Origin: Acidobacteriota bacterium
GTDB lineage: Bacteria > Acidobacteriota > UBA6911 > RPQK01 > JAPXNP01
Assembly: GCA_030614585.1 (NCBI GenBank)
Contig: JAUWTT010000001.1
Span: 1 to 33,069, forward strand
Length of the DNA: 33,069 bases
Direction: 5' to 3'
Program-made: the position numbers and the translations under genes
Shown here: positions 17,531 through 26,500 of the stretch, piece after piece
Position numbering within the stretch: position 1 is the stretch's first letter
How the letters are laid out: each line of letters opens with the position of its first letter
The notes under the pieces: model-generated
The model's input: only the letters and a program-made list of their open reading frames with translations
Databases searched by the model: none
Told to the model about the DNA's origin: nothing

Positions 17531-17683
17531 AGTGTTGTCGGCCATCCGACCGTCCTTCCACCGGACTTGTGGAAAAGCCCGTGGAAAAGTAAATGATGCT
17601 GCTCAGAAATGGTTGACAGTTCTCGACTTCCTGCTCTTTGCACAACAATTGTGCATTAACTGAAACCTCTTGTTATCAATAGC

Positions 17684-17869
17684 TTAGGAGTGTAGGGAGA
17701 ACTGGGCAGGCTGAGTTGAAACACAGTTGTCGTCTCCGGGCCTGGCGAGGCGAACAGGGGAAAGACGGACATGAAGTTGGCTCCGTTTTGCTTCAACTGC
17801 TCTCCTTAGAAGCACTTTCAGGTCGGCACCTTGAAAGATCTTTCCCGCGACTCTAATCTGATATTGCAT
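17684..17869 (-). CDS. Small hypothetical protein (61 aa) immediately downstream of lexA
   Basis: ATG 17869 is preceded by AAAGGA 8 nt upstream and lies 20 nt after the lexA stop. Basic sequence MQYQIRVAGKIFQGADLKVLLRRAVEAKRSQ... with no family recognised. Confidence 0.35.
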   Translation of the reverse strand: MQYQIRVAGKIFQGADLKVLLRRAVEAKRSQLHVRLSPVRLARPGDDNCVSTQPAQFSLHS

Positions 17870-17889
17870 CGGTGTATCCTTTCTGACTC

Positions 17890-18489
17890 TCAATACTTCC
17901 TCATCAGGCCTACTACGACCCCCTGAATTCGAAGACGATCTTCCTCAACGAAGATTGGAAACAGAGTTGGGTTAGCCGGTTGGAGTCGGACACGTCCTTC
18001 CTCGCGGTACAGCTTCTTCAGGGTGGCTTCCTGGCCGTCAATGAGAGCGACGACAGTCTCGCCATCGGTTGCGAAGTCCCTCTGCTCCACGATGATCAAG
18101 TCACCGTCTCGAATATTCTCTTCGATCATGGAATCGCCTTCGACGCGAAGCACGTAATTGCTGCCCCTGGTGAGAAGACTTTCCGGAACCGGAATCTCCT
18201 CGGGATTCGCCACAGCTTCAATTGGATGGCCGGCGGCAATCACGCCGAGCAGCGGAACCATTTGCTCGGCCGTTACTCCCTGGTCGATGACCTGGATCGA
18301 TCTTGCCCGATTCGACAAGCGCTTGATGAAGCCTTTGTCTTCGAGCACGCGCAAGTGTTTGTAGACTGCGTTGAGCGAAGCAATTCCGAAATGTTTTGCG
18401 ATCTCATCCAGACTGGGGGAGTACCCCCGCTCCTTCAAATACTCACGCAGGAATGTAAAAATCTCATTCTGTCTCTTTGTTAATGGCAT
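17890..18489 (-). CDS. lexA: LexA repressor (S24 autopeptidase)
   Basis: Winged-HTH N-terminus MPLTKRQNEIFTFLREYLKERGYSPSLDEIAKHFG, cleavage-site region VIAAGHPIEA, and catalytic Ser/Lys context VEGDSMIE ... ATLKKL. ATG 18489 preferred; the TTG at 18531 is the -35 hexamer. Confidence 0.9.
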   Translation of the reverse strand: MPLTKRQNEIFTFLREYLKERGYSPSLDEIAKHFGIASLNAVYKHLRVLEDKGFIKRLSNRARSIQVIDQGVTAEQMVPLLGVIAAGHPIEAVANPEEIPVPESLLTRGSNYVLRVEGDSMIEENIRDGDLIIVEQRDFATDGETVVALIDGQEATLKKLYREEGRVRLQPANPTLFPIFVEEDRLRIQGVVVGLMRKY

Positions 18490-18502
18490 GATAGCTGCAT
18501 CT

Positions 18503-18553
18503 ATTATGGTGAAGAAATGGTGAAAAGTCAAGAGAAAAGTGAAAAAAAGGTGA
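18503..18553 (-). promoter_or_regulatory. lexA promoter with four TTCAC(C) direct repeats (candidate operator)
   Basis: Minus strand: -35 TTGACT (18531-18526), 17-nt spacer, -10 CATAAT (18508-18503). TCAC cores lie at 18553-18550, 18542-18539, 18523-18520 and 18512-18509 (spacings 11, 19, 11 bp). The proximal pair TTCAC-N6-TTCAC fills the spacer. Only 13 nt separate the -10 from the ATG. Confidence 0.45.
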
Positions 18554-18588
18554 AAAGGGAGGGGAAGGATGGTTTAGACAAAGGTGAG

Positions 18589-18846
18589 ATGCAAAGAATC
18601 AAGGAGGAGGATTGCAGGATCCGATGGCTCCGGCTACAGGTGGATTTGACGCGGGCGATTCTGTATCAGGATCCTGAACTTGATCTGGATTCGGCTCGAA
18701 CTATGGTTCTGGAGTTGAGGGAAAAGGTTCTCAAAGAGTTTCCGGGCAAGGATGACACTTTTGACCTGATCCTGTTACCTCGGTTTGTACGCATTCTTCG
18801 CGAGAGGTGGAGTGGCGGCCTGGTCGACGATGGCCCGGTGCAGTAG
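18589..18846 (+). CDS. Hypothetical small soluble protein (85 aa), divergent from lexA and upstream of dtd
   Basis: ATG 18589 is preceded by AAAGGTGAG. Helical-looking sequence MQRIKEEDCRIRWLRLQVDLTRAILYQDPELDLDSARTMVLELREKVLKEF... with no family recognised. The listed upstream extension to 18517 is the lysine-rich translation of the GTGAAAA repeats. Confidence 0.4.
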   Translation: MQRIKEEDCRIRWLRLQVDLTRAILYQDPELDLDSARTMVLELREKVLKEFPGKDDTFDLILLPRFVRILRERWSGGLVDDGPVQ

Positions 18847-18898
18847 AGTCCCTGTGGCGGGTTAGCATGAGAAGGGAAGTAGCACGGAAGGAAACAGA

Positions 18899-19351
18899 AT
18901 GAGAGCTGTGGTTCAGAGAGTCTCCAGCGCGGAGGTCAGAATCGATCGGGAGGTTGTGGGTTCGATCGGAAACGGACTTGTGGTGTTGTTGGCGGTCGGT
19001 TCCGGAGATGGACCTGATGATCTGGCTTTCATGACGCGAAAGTTGGTCGGCCTGCGGATCTTCAACGATTCTGACGGGAAGCTGAATCTATCGGTTGCCG
19101 ACGTCGGGGCGGAGATCCTGCTGATTTCACAGTTCACGCTTTATGGGGATTGTCGAAAAGGCAATCGGCCTAGCTTTACCCGGGCTGCTCCCCCTGCGGA
19201 AGCTGACGAGACTTATCAAAAACTTGCGGAGGAACTTCGGGCCAGGGGCTTGCGTGTAGCCACGGGGCGCTTTCGGGCGATGATGAGCGTGTCCCTGGTT
19301 AATGAAGGTCCTGTGACCCTGGTTATCGACTCGAAGAAGGAGTTCCATTAG
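18899..19351 (+). CDS. dtd: D-aminoacyl-tRNA deacylase
   Basis: MRAVVQRVSSAEVRI ..., SQFTLYGD ... GNRPSF, and NEGPVTLVIDS at the C-terminus. Confidence 0.9.
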   Translation: MRAVVQRVSSAEVRIDREVVGSIGNGLVVLLAVGSGDGPDDLAFMTRKLVGLRIFNDSDGKLNLSVADVGAEILLISQFTLYGDCRKGNRPSFTRAAPPAEADETYQKLAEELRARGLRVATGRFRAMMSVSLVNEGPVTLVIDSKKEFH

Positions 19352-19469
19352 GGGGAAGCACGTTGGAATCGGTTTTACACCAGGTTGTCGTTCAAAGCCG
19401 GTAGTCCTTCCAGGCAATGGTTCGAAGAGCGATGGACTCTATCGGATGGCCATGGCGGCAGATTCTGGT

Positions 19470-19751
19470 TCAGCTCTCGACACCTTCCACTGCAAGAAAC
19501 TGAGCGTTGGCCGCTCCCTCACGCAGCATTCTGGCCTCGGTGTATTCGGGTGAATTGTAAAACTCCACAGCCTGGTCGAACGATGGGAACTCTACAACCA
19601 CAACTCTTGTGGGTTCTTCAGGACCCTCGAGTGCTGCAGTTCGGCCGCCTCGAACGATGAATCGCCCTCCGTACTGTGCGACGATTTCCGGAGTCACCTC
19701 CATGTACTTCTGATACTGTTCCCAGTCGGTCACTTCGACCCTCACGATCAT
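19470..19751 (-). CDS. DUF1330 domain protein
   Basis: MIVRVEVTDWEQYQKYMEVTPEIVAQYGGRFIVRGG ... VVVEFPSFDQAVEFYNSPEY. ATG 19751 is preceded by AAAGGAG. Confidence 0.8.
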   Translation of the reverse strand: MIVRVEVTDWEQYQKYMEVTPEIVAQYGGRFIVRGGRTAALEGPEEPTRVVVVEFPSFDQAVEFYNSPEYTEARMLREGAANAQFLAVEGVES

Positions 19752-19831
19752 ATAGCCTGCCACTTCTTTTCTCCTTTCTGGTTTGCTTCGAACTAATTGG
19801 CCCCTTACTCGTGCTCTGTTCACCTGCCTAC

Positions 19832-20599
19832 CTACTGACGAGCAGTAGCTGCTTCCTCGAAGTGCCAGTTCCCAAAGGAGAATCCGGGAAGGAATTCCGA
19901 GGGTATATTGGGACTGTCAATGGGTTCACGGGAAAGCAAGATGTGAATGCGTGCACTGTTTCTCGCATTCTGAATCCACCGTTCCAGCTGCATGTTGGTC
20001 TTTCTGACCGTCAGGATTTGTCGGACCGTTTCTTCTACCATTTCCAAGGGTGGGGCGATTTGGTTGGCTTCTGCAAGGTCAGAGACAAACTCTCCGTCGT
20101 AGTACTCCTGAATTTCATTTGGCAACACAATAACGAATGGCTCGAATCGCAGTTGCACGAACTTGTTCACAGCAATCTGGGCTTGGAGGATCCTGAGCAG
20201 GTCGGCCTCCTCCATCCTCATCTTCTCCAGAGCTTCGCGATAGGCTTCTTCTGTTGGAAACCGAGTTTTATAAGAGCCGAGAAAGTTCTTAAGCTCTTCA
20301 TCCGTCACCCTGATGAAGGGCGTTCTCGAGGTCTCACTAGTGATCAAACGTTGATTGATCAGTTGATCCAGGACCTCTCGGAACAGGGCAAGCTGTTCCT
20401 CTGGTGATCCGGGCACCTGGAAGCCTCTAAAATCAACCAACCATTGAAGGTCTGAGAACGTCACGATGTCCTGATTCACAACCGCCACGACGCGGTCGAC
20501 GCGGCCGAAATCCTCAGCGGCGAGTCCCTTAAGGGCAAAGACAATACTCAAGAACACCAGGATTAGAAGGGGTGTCCGAAGTTTATGTGAAAGTTCCAT
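19832..20599 (-). CDS. SurA N-terminal-domain-like periplasmic chaperone (no parvulin domain evident)
   Basis: Signal peptide, then RVVAVVNQDIVTFSDLQ and helical chaperone-domain-like sequence. Immediately downstream of bamA and overlapping it by 37 nt. Confidence 0.65.
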   Translation of the reverse strand: MELSHKLRTPLLILVFLSIVFALKGLAAEDFGRVDRVVAVVNQDIVTFSDLQWLVDFRGFQVPGSPEEQLALFREVLDQLINQRLITSETSRTPFIRVTDEELKNFLGSYKTRFPTEEAYREALEKMRMEEADLLRILQAQIAVNKFVQLRFEPFVIVLPNEIQEYYDGEFVSDLAEANQIAPPLEMVEETVRQILTVRKTNMQLERWIQNARNSARIHILLSREPIDSPNIPSEFLPGFSFGNWHFEEAATARQ

Positions 20600-23556
20600 T
20601 TTGAGAATCCTGTAACATCCGGCGGATTGGGATTGTAAGCGGCATCGATTCGAAACGGGCCTATCGGTGTCCTGATGGACAGTCCGAAGCCGACGTCATG
20701 ACTCAGTTTTGAAAAGGCGATCCTTGTCGGGCTGGCAAAGACGTTACCTCCGTCGTAAAAGAAGTTGCCTCCAAATAAAAAGAAGAGGGGAAAGCGCAGC
20801 TCAAGGTTCAGGACCCCTAACACGTTACCTCCCAGGGGGACCGGTGCGAGGTTTCCGCCGCCCGTGTTGACCAGAACTGGTTCACCTGTCTCCGGATCAA
20901 TCAGCAGTGGTCCGGCCAGGTCCAGAGGCAATCCCCTCAGTGTTGTGGGCCCTCCGGCGAAGAATCGCTCAGAAATTGGTACGGGATCCGGAGTCCTGTC
21001 TTCGCCGGGATCAGTACCGTCCTCCCTGGGATCTGGAATCTCTTCCACTTCAAGTGTGTTTCCAAAGGGCTGGATGATACCGAGCCGGAGCGAACTTGCG
21101 AAGATCAGGTTTTCCCCGAGTGGGTGATAGTATCTCCCTTGGCCCAGGAATCGTATAAACTGCCTCTCCGAGCCCAGAATCTTCGCGGTAAGTTTGGCGT
21201 CCCCGCTTAGAAAGAAGCCTTCTGTCGGATTCAGGGGATTAACTCTCGACTCATTCACATAGGAAGCTGAGATGCTTGAAAGGCGCAGACGCTCTTCCTC
21301 TCGATAGAACTCGAGGGGGGGAAGGTCGGGATCGTCAGGTAACGAGTTCCTGACGCTTGCGAATTCGTAACGGTAAAACATGGATTCCCTTCGGCTCAAG
21401 ACTTTCTCTGATTGGGTTGAAATTGAGTAACGTAGGGAATCGTAAGGCCTGCCCTTGACAGTAATCTCACCGTTTTCCGTTTGAATCCGGTTCTCGTTGG
21501 ATGCAGTCACTGATATGACTGTCGGTAACTTGAGCTTGAAGAAGCGGGGCATTGTCAATGCAACATTCGCGCGCTGCCGTAGAGAGCTGACACGAGTTCC
21601 GAACGAGAGTGTGTGGGCCCTGCCCAGGAAGTTATTATTGGTCAGTCCGAAGGTACCTCTGAACCCCTCGGATGCTGAGGGCCCATAACTATAGTTGTAG
21701 CCGACTCCGTAGGTGATTGAGTATCTGCTGCTTTCATCCACTGTAAAGAGCACTGTTCGATAAGCAGGGTCCACGGAGGAGGGAATCTCTGCAACCTTTA
21801 CCGATTTGAAGACACCCAGGTCGTAGAGATTGGTTTCCGACTGGAGGTTTCTTCTGAGAGACAGCGGTTCATCTTTTCGGGCAAGGATCTGCTCGTCAAC
21901 TGTCTGGCGTCTGGTCTTCTCCGTCCCGACGACGACGACATCATCCACAAAGAAGCGAGAGCCTTCTGAAATCGAGTAGATCAGATCCACGGTTCCTCTG
22001 TCGTCGTAACTCAACTCTGTCGTCACTTCGACATCCCTGAACCCCTGATCCTGATACAACCCGATCAAGTAGGCCCTGTCTTCCGCCAGACCGCTGGGAG
22101 AAAACGTCTGGTCTTCCTTCATTGTCAGGAACCGCTCAAGTCGCTCAGTTGTGACCTCTTGGTTGCCGGCAAAAGAGAGGCTTCGGACGATGTACCGAGG
22201 ACCCTCGGTTACTTGGTAGACCAGCGTTACGTTGTCCCCCTCTTCACGGATCTTGTGAGTCACGACGGCATCGAGGTAGCCGGTCCGAGCGTAGGCCGAT
22301 AAAAGCCTCTCCTTGTCCAGTTCGATTGTCTCGTCTGTTAGGAGGCCACGGCCAAAGGTCCCTGCCTTCTTTGTAGCACTTCTTGCCAGGAGCGATTTGG
22401 AGTCGATCGAGGTGTTCCCTTCAATGAGAACTTCGCCAACTTTGTATTGGGGGCCCTTAGAGACAGTGAAGACTATGCGTGGCTCTGTGGAAGGCGTCTG
22501 CAGAGTTTCGGATTGAACCTGGGCAAGGAGATAGCCCTGTTTCTGAAGGAGGAGCTTGAGTTGGTTTGCGGTCTTGATCAGGATCGGCTCACCGGTATTC
22601 CGAAAACGGTAAACAGGCAGTTCTTTGAGTTCCTCGGAACTAAGCTCAATCCCTTCGAACACAACTTCCGTCAGATCACCTGAGCGCACGCTGAGCTCAA
22701 GCGCAACGCTATTGGTTCTCTCGTCGTAGTTTGTCTCCCCTCCACCCTCGATTGCAGGCCTGAAGAAGCCTTTGAGGGCCAGATAGGTCTGCAATCTACC
22801 GATATCTTCCTGAAACTGAATTCCGGAATAGTCGTGACCTCGACGACTACTGATCTGAGAAGCGAGTTCGCCGGGCGAAATTGGTCCCTCCACATCGATT
22901 GTGAGCGACCGAATTTGAGCCCTTTTCCCAACCTTAATCTCAAAAGTCACGTTCACCCGCGCTTTCTCGGAGTCTATCTGCGACGAGGCCTGGATTATGG
23001 CTTGGTAAAAACCATGCTTGGGATAAAGTTGGTTCAGCCTTCTGGTTGTCTCGCCAAATGTATGGGCGGTAAAGGCTTCACCTCCTCGGAGGGCCAGTTC
23101 ACGACGCAGAACCTGTTGTCCAAGGCCAAGCTTGCCACGGAACGAGATTTTCCCCACCAGGTGTAGACGGATCAGCTTGATCTGGACAGCCACCTTTCCC
23201 GAGGTAGCTGCGTGGGTACTGATCTGGACATCAAAAAAGAACCCTGTCTGGTGGAGAAGAGATATGGTTGCTCGGGCTTTGCTGGTCGTGAAAACCTCTC
23301 CTTCTCGCAGCAAAATCAGCTTGGAAAGATCCTCGTGGGAGACTTTTGTAATCGGTCCGTCTGCAGTGATATCGACCTGAGAGATCTGTCGGCCGTCATG
23401 TTTCTCAAGGGAAGGTCCACCCAGACTCCAGAGAGAGCAGCAAAGGAAATAAACCAGAATCAGGTTTAGGCTGCAGTACCGCAGTCGACCTCGAAGTGGT
23501 TTGAGGCAGGGTTCGTTGATTGTTACTACCGCTTGATGTCTTACGCTCACAGACAC
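20563..23556 (-). CDS. bamA: Outer membrane protein assembly factor BamA (POTRA repeats + Omp85 barrel)
   Basis: Repeated POTRA-like units, a C-terminal barrel with ERFFAGGPTTLRGL (L6 RG-motif region), and a terminal ...FGHPF. Start uncertain: GTG 23556 abuts the tamB TGA (TGAGGTG), while ATG 23619 would overlap tamB by 62 nt. Confidence 0.9.
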   Translation of the reverse strand: MSVSVRHQAVVTINEPCLKPLRGRLRYCSLNLILVYFLCCSLWSLGGPSLEKHDGRQISQVDITADGPITKVSHEDLSKLILLREGEVFTTSKARATISLLHQTGFFFDVQISTHAATSGKVAVQIKLIRLHLVGKISFRGKLGLGQQVLRRELALRGGEAFTAHTFGETTRRLNQLYPKHGFYQAIIQASSQIDSEKARVNVTFEIKVGKRAQIRSLTIDVEGPISPGELASQISSRRGHDYSGIQFQEDIGRLQTYLALKGFFRPAIEGGGETNYDERTNSVALELSVRSGDLTEVVFEGIELSSEELKELPVYRFRNTGEPILIKTANQLKLLLQKQGYLLAQVQSETLQTPSTEPRIVFTVSKGPQYKVGEVLIEGNTSIDSKSLLARSATKKAGTFGRGLLTDETIELDKERLLSAYARTGYLDAVVTHKIREEGDNVTLVYQVTEGPRYIVRSLSFAGNQEVTTERLERFLTMKEDQTFSPSGLAEDRAYLIGLYQDQGFRDVEVTTELSYDDRGTVDLIYSISEGSRFFVDDVVVVGTEKTRRQTVDEQILARKDEPLSLRRNLQSETNLYDLGVFKSVKVAEIPSSVDPAYRTVLFTVDESSRYSITYGVGYNYSYGPSASEGFRGTFGLTNNNFLGRAHTLSFGTRVSSLRQRANVALTMPRFFKLKLPTVISVTASNENRIQTENGEITVKGRPYDSLRYSISTQSEKVLSRRESMFYRYEFASVRNSLPDDPDLPPLEFYREEERLRLSSISASYVNESRVNPLNPTEGFFLSGDAKLTAKILGSERQFIRFLGQGRYYHPLGENLIFASSLRLGIIQPFGNTLEVEEIPDPREDGTDPGEDRTPDPVPISERFFAGGPTTLRGLPLDLAGPLLIDPETGEPVLVNTGGGNLAPVPLGGNVLGVLNLELRFPLFFLFGGNFFYDGGNVFASPTRIAFSKLSHDVGFGLSIRTPIGPFRIDAAYNPNPPDVTGFSKWNFHINFGHPF

Positions 23557-23557
23557 C

Positions 23558-26500
23558 TCAGAACCGGTTCTTGAATTTGATGTCGAGTGCCAAGGAGCCT
23601 TCACTGTCGCTGGTTCCAACCAGCGTAAGCCAGTTGCTTAGCCGATACTGAACGACAACCGTCTGTCCCAGGAGTTCCTTTCCAAGGCTGGAGACGTAGG
23701 TAACATTCACGTTCTTGCTCAATTGCACTCCCAGAGTGATCCTTGCGCCCGGGTCCCGGTCCCTCCCGCTGTCGATGAAAGGGTCTACCGAAAAACGCTG
23801 AAGTCCAAAAAGTTTTGAGGTCTGGGACTCCAACTCCTTTCCCAGAGTCTTACTCAGCAGAGCGCCGGCCCCGTAGAGCGCTAAGGTTCCTGACTCAGTC
23901 TGACTTGTCGTCCCGGACCCAAAAATCTCTTCCGGCGTTTGTCCTGTAGCCAGGAGAGAGACCACCCCCGCAGTGGATAACGGAGGGTCGGAGTTGAAGG
24001 AAGCCCTAATGCGTTCCATGGGCCCTCGAACGCTTGCGGTGATTTCGTACTCTCTGATCGTGGTTTCAGCCTCGAAGTTGAAATAGGGAGAAGTCTTGTA
24101 AGGGTCGTTGAACGAGATCGTTCCCCGGTTGATGTCAAAATCGTTTCCTTCAAGGTACAGGGCGCCTTCATCGATAGAAATGCTGCCCAGTATTACCGGA
24201 TTCGCAACGGTTCCAATCATTGAGAGATTTGCACTAGCGGTTATGTCTCCGAGGTTGTTATCGATCCGCACGCTTCGATGCCCTGTTACCGAGATATCAA
24301 GCGCAATGTCTTCTTGCCCAGATGGCCCTTGACGGGTAGACGCAGGTTGGGCGAGTTGGAGAATCAGATCTGCTAGCGTTATGTTCTTCGTGAACTCGCT
24401 GGATCTTAAGTAGATCGTCCCCGAGATGAGTTGAGTGCCAAGGGTTTTTACGAGGCTCAGGTTCATATCAACCGTCGAAATGACGTCTGCCGGATACTCG
24501 ACCTGCAGACCTGTGCCCACTGCGCTGATTTGCCATCGCTGAGGGACAAAGCTCTCGAGGAATACTCCTCCGTCAAGATTGATTCGTCCAAATTCCGTAT
24601 CTGCCACTAGATGTTCAAGAGAAAGTTGAGCCGGCGTGAATTTCAGACTGCCCTGGATGTTCCAGAACGAGATGGGCAGATCACTGTGGACGAAGCGTGC
24701 ACGGCTGAGGGTGGCAGTTCCGACGATCTGAGGAGAGTCAAGCGGCCCGGATATGTTGGTTTCGAGGTCAAGTCGCCCTTCGACCGATGCTTTCTCGAGG
24801 GCTGCATTCAGGAGAAGAAGGCTTGAGTTCCCAACCAGTTTAAGGTTAACGGAGCCTTGTTCCTTCAGGTCGATTTGGCCTTGTACCCTTAAGTCGGTTC
24901 CTTCCCCTATGAAATGAAGAGAGGGAATTTGAATAGACCCGTCCGCCAAGGTCAGGGTAATCGACTCAGCGGTCGTCAACTCATAGTCTCGCAGCATTAG
25001 CCTGAGTCTTTGGAGATCGCCCCGGAGTTGAAGCTTGGAGAACTCCTTAAGCGTCCCTTCTGCTTCGATCAACCCCGTGAGAAAAGCCTCAACGCCTGAT
25101 ACATCTGTTTCCGTCAACAGTACCAGGTAAGGTGATAGTGGCGTATCCCTGAGAACTAGTTGAGCCTTGAAGGGGAAGGGTGTTGTGGGTTCAACGGTTC
25201 CGGATACTTGAAACGGTTGGTCCAGGAAGGTTCCTCCGATGCTGAACCTGTTTAATCCAGCCTCGGGAAGACAGCTCAGTTGAAAACCCTGCAAGCTGTA
25301 TTCAGCGATGTGGAGCACCTCGGAATTTGCTGTCACCGAGATTTCCGGGTTTTCAAGAGTTCCCCCTCCGACAATCGAGAGGTTAAGACTTCCCTGGCTG
25401 GGAAGTGACTCTGGGAAGGGAAGCTCTCCAAGGGAGAGTTCTTCTCCATCAAAGCGAGTAGAGAAACTCCCACTCTCCAATGCGTAAGCGAGGAAGCCAT
25501 GGAGTTCTCCAGCGGGTGAAGAGAGGATTGTGTCGCTCAAGTGGAGGGTTCCGTTCCGGATACTAAGACGAGTGGAGAGTCCTTCGATGGTTCCAGCAGG
25601 AAGGCCGGGCACTGCGATGTTTTCGAGTCTGATGTTACCATCACCGGAGTAGTCGTCCGTTTCGTTTCGAGCCACTGAGAATTGCCCCGACACAAGACCG
25701 CTGAAATAGGGGTCGATTTGGAGGGCGTCGAACAGTATTCCGGACGGAAACTTCGAAACTCTGGTTCGAATCCCAAACCGTTCTGCGGGGGATAATCGAT
25801 CCAGCCAGGCCGATCCCGACAGCTCGAACTCAGGATTTGTCAGCTCGACCGATTCGATCCGTATCTGGTTGTCTGCAAGGTGAAATTGTCCCGAAATCGA
25901 TCCCAGCAATTGGCTACCCATTTCGATTCTCTGGATCCGAAGTTGAGCGTCGAGTGTGGTCGTACCCGTTGAGGGACTTTTAACGTCCACTTTGGCCCGG
26001 ACCTGGCCCGAAGGATCGATGTCAAAACGTTGGCGGAACTCTTCCCAGGGTAATCCTAGACTTGTGCCAACATCGAGTAACTCTTGGGCACTCTGTGAGG
26101 TGATCGTAGCGGAAAATTCTCGAGTCCCTGTGTTTGCGATCGAGGCAGAAAAGTCGATGTCGGTTATTTCGGTTGTCAGGTGCCCGTTACTTAGTTCCAG
26201 CGAGCCATTGCTGTAAGTGACTTCCCCAGATCCTTCGAAAGGTAACGGGGATCTGAACGGCATGCTTTCAGAAAGACCCTGCTCGCCGCCGGCTCCGCGG
26301 TATTTGAAACCGCCGCTGATTTCAATTTCATTAAGCGACATTCCGGGCCACACTACCGTTAATGTTGTGTCCGAAGAGCCGGCCAGCATCACGTTCTCCA
26401 GATTTGCATACGACAACAGTGAGGAGAGATCGACTCGAGCGACCTGCACTCGGAATTCAGAGGATCGATCTCGGTTCCAATACCCTTGTCCTTTGGCACT

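Noticed and set aside
17382-17663. 93-aa plus-strand ORF in the PDZ/lexA-operon spacer
   Set aside because: Lies across the inverted-repeat element and heptamer tracts. Basic low-complexity translation with no SD.
17980-18483. 167-aa plus-strand ORF inside lexA
   Set aside because: Antisense shadow of lexA, whose product has unmistakable LexA motifs.
18490-18531. N-terminal extension of LexA to the start listed at 18531
   Set aside because: That codon is the TTG of the -35 hexamer TTGACT. The extension adds a non-conserved MTFHHFFTIIDAAI peptide in front of the canonical MPLTKRQ LexA N-terminus.
18490-18600. Canonical LexA boxes (CTGT-N8-ACAG, GAAC-N4-GTTC, GTTC-N7-GTTC) upstream of lexA
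   Set aside because: None seen on either strand by eye, so the direct-repeat alternative is proposed only as a hypothesis.
19676-20407. 243-aa plus-strand ORF
   Set aside because: Shadow ORF antisense to the SurA-like gene. The minus-strand product has a signal peptide and SurA N-domain-like sequence; the plus-strand product has none.
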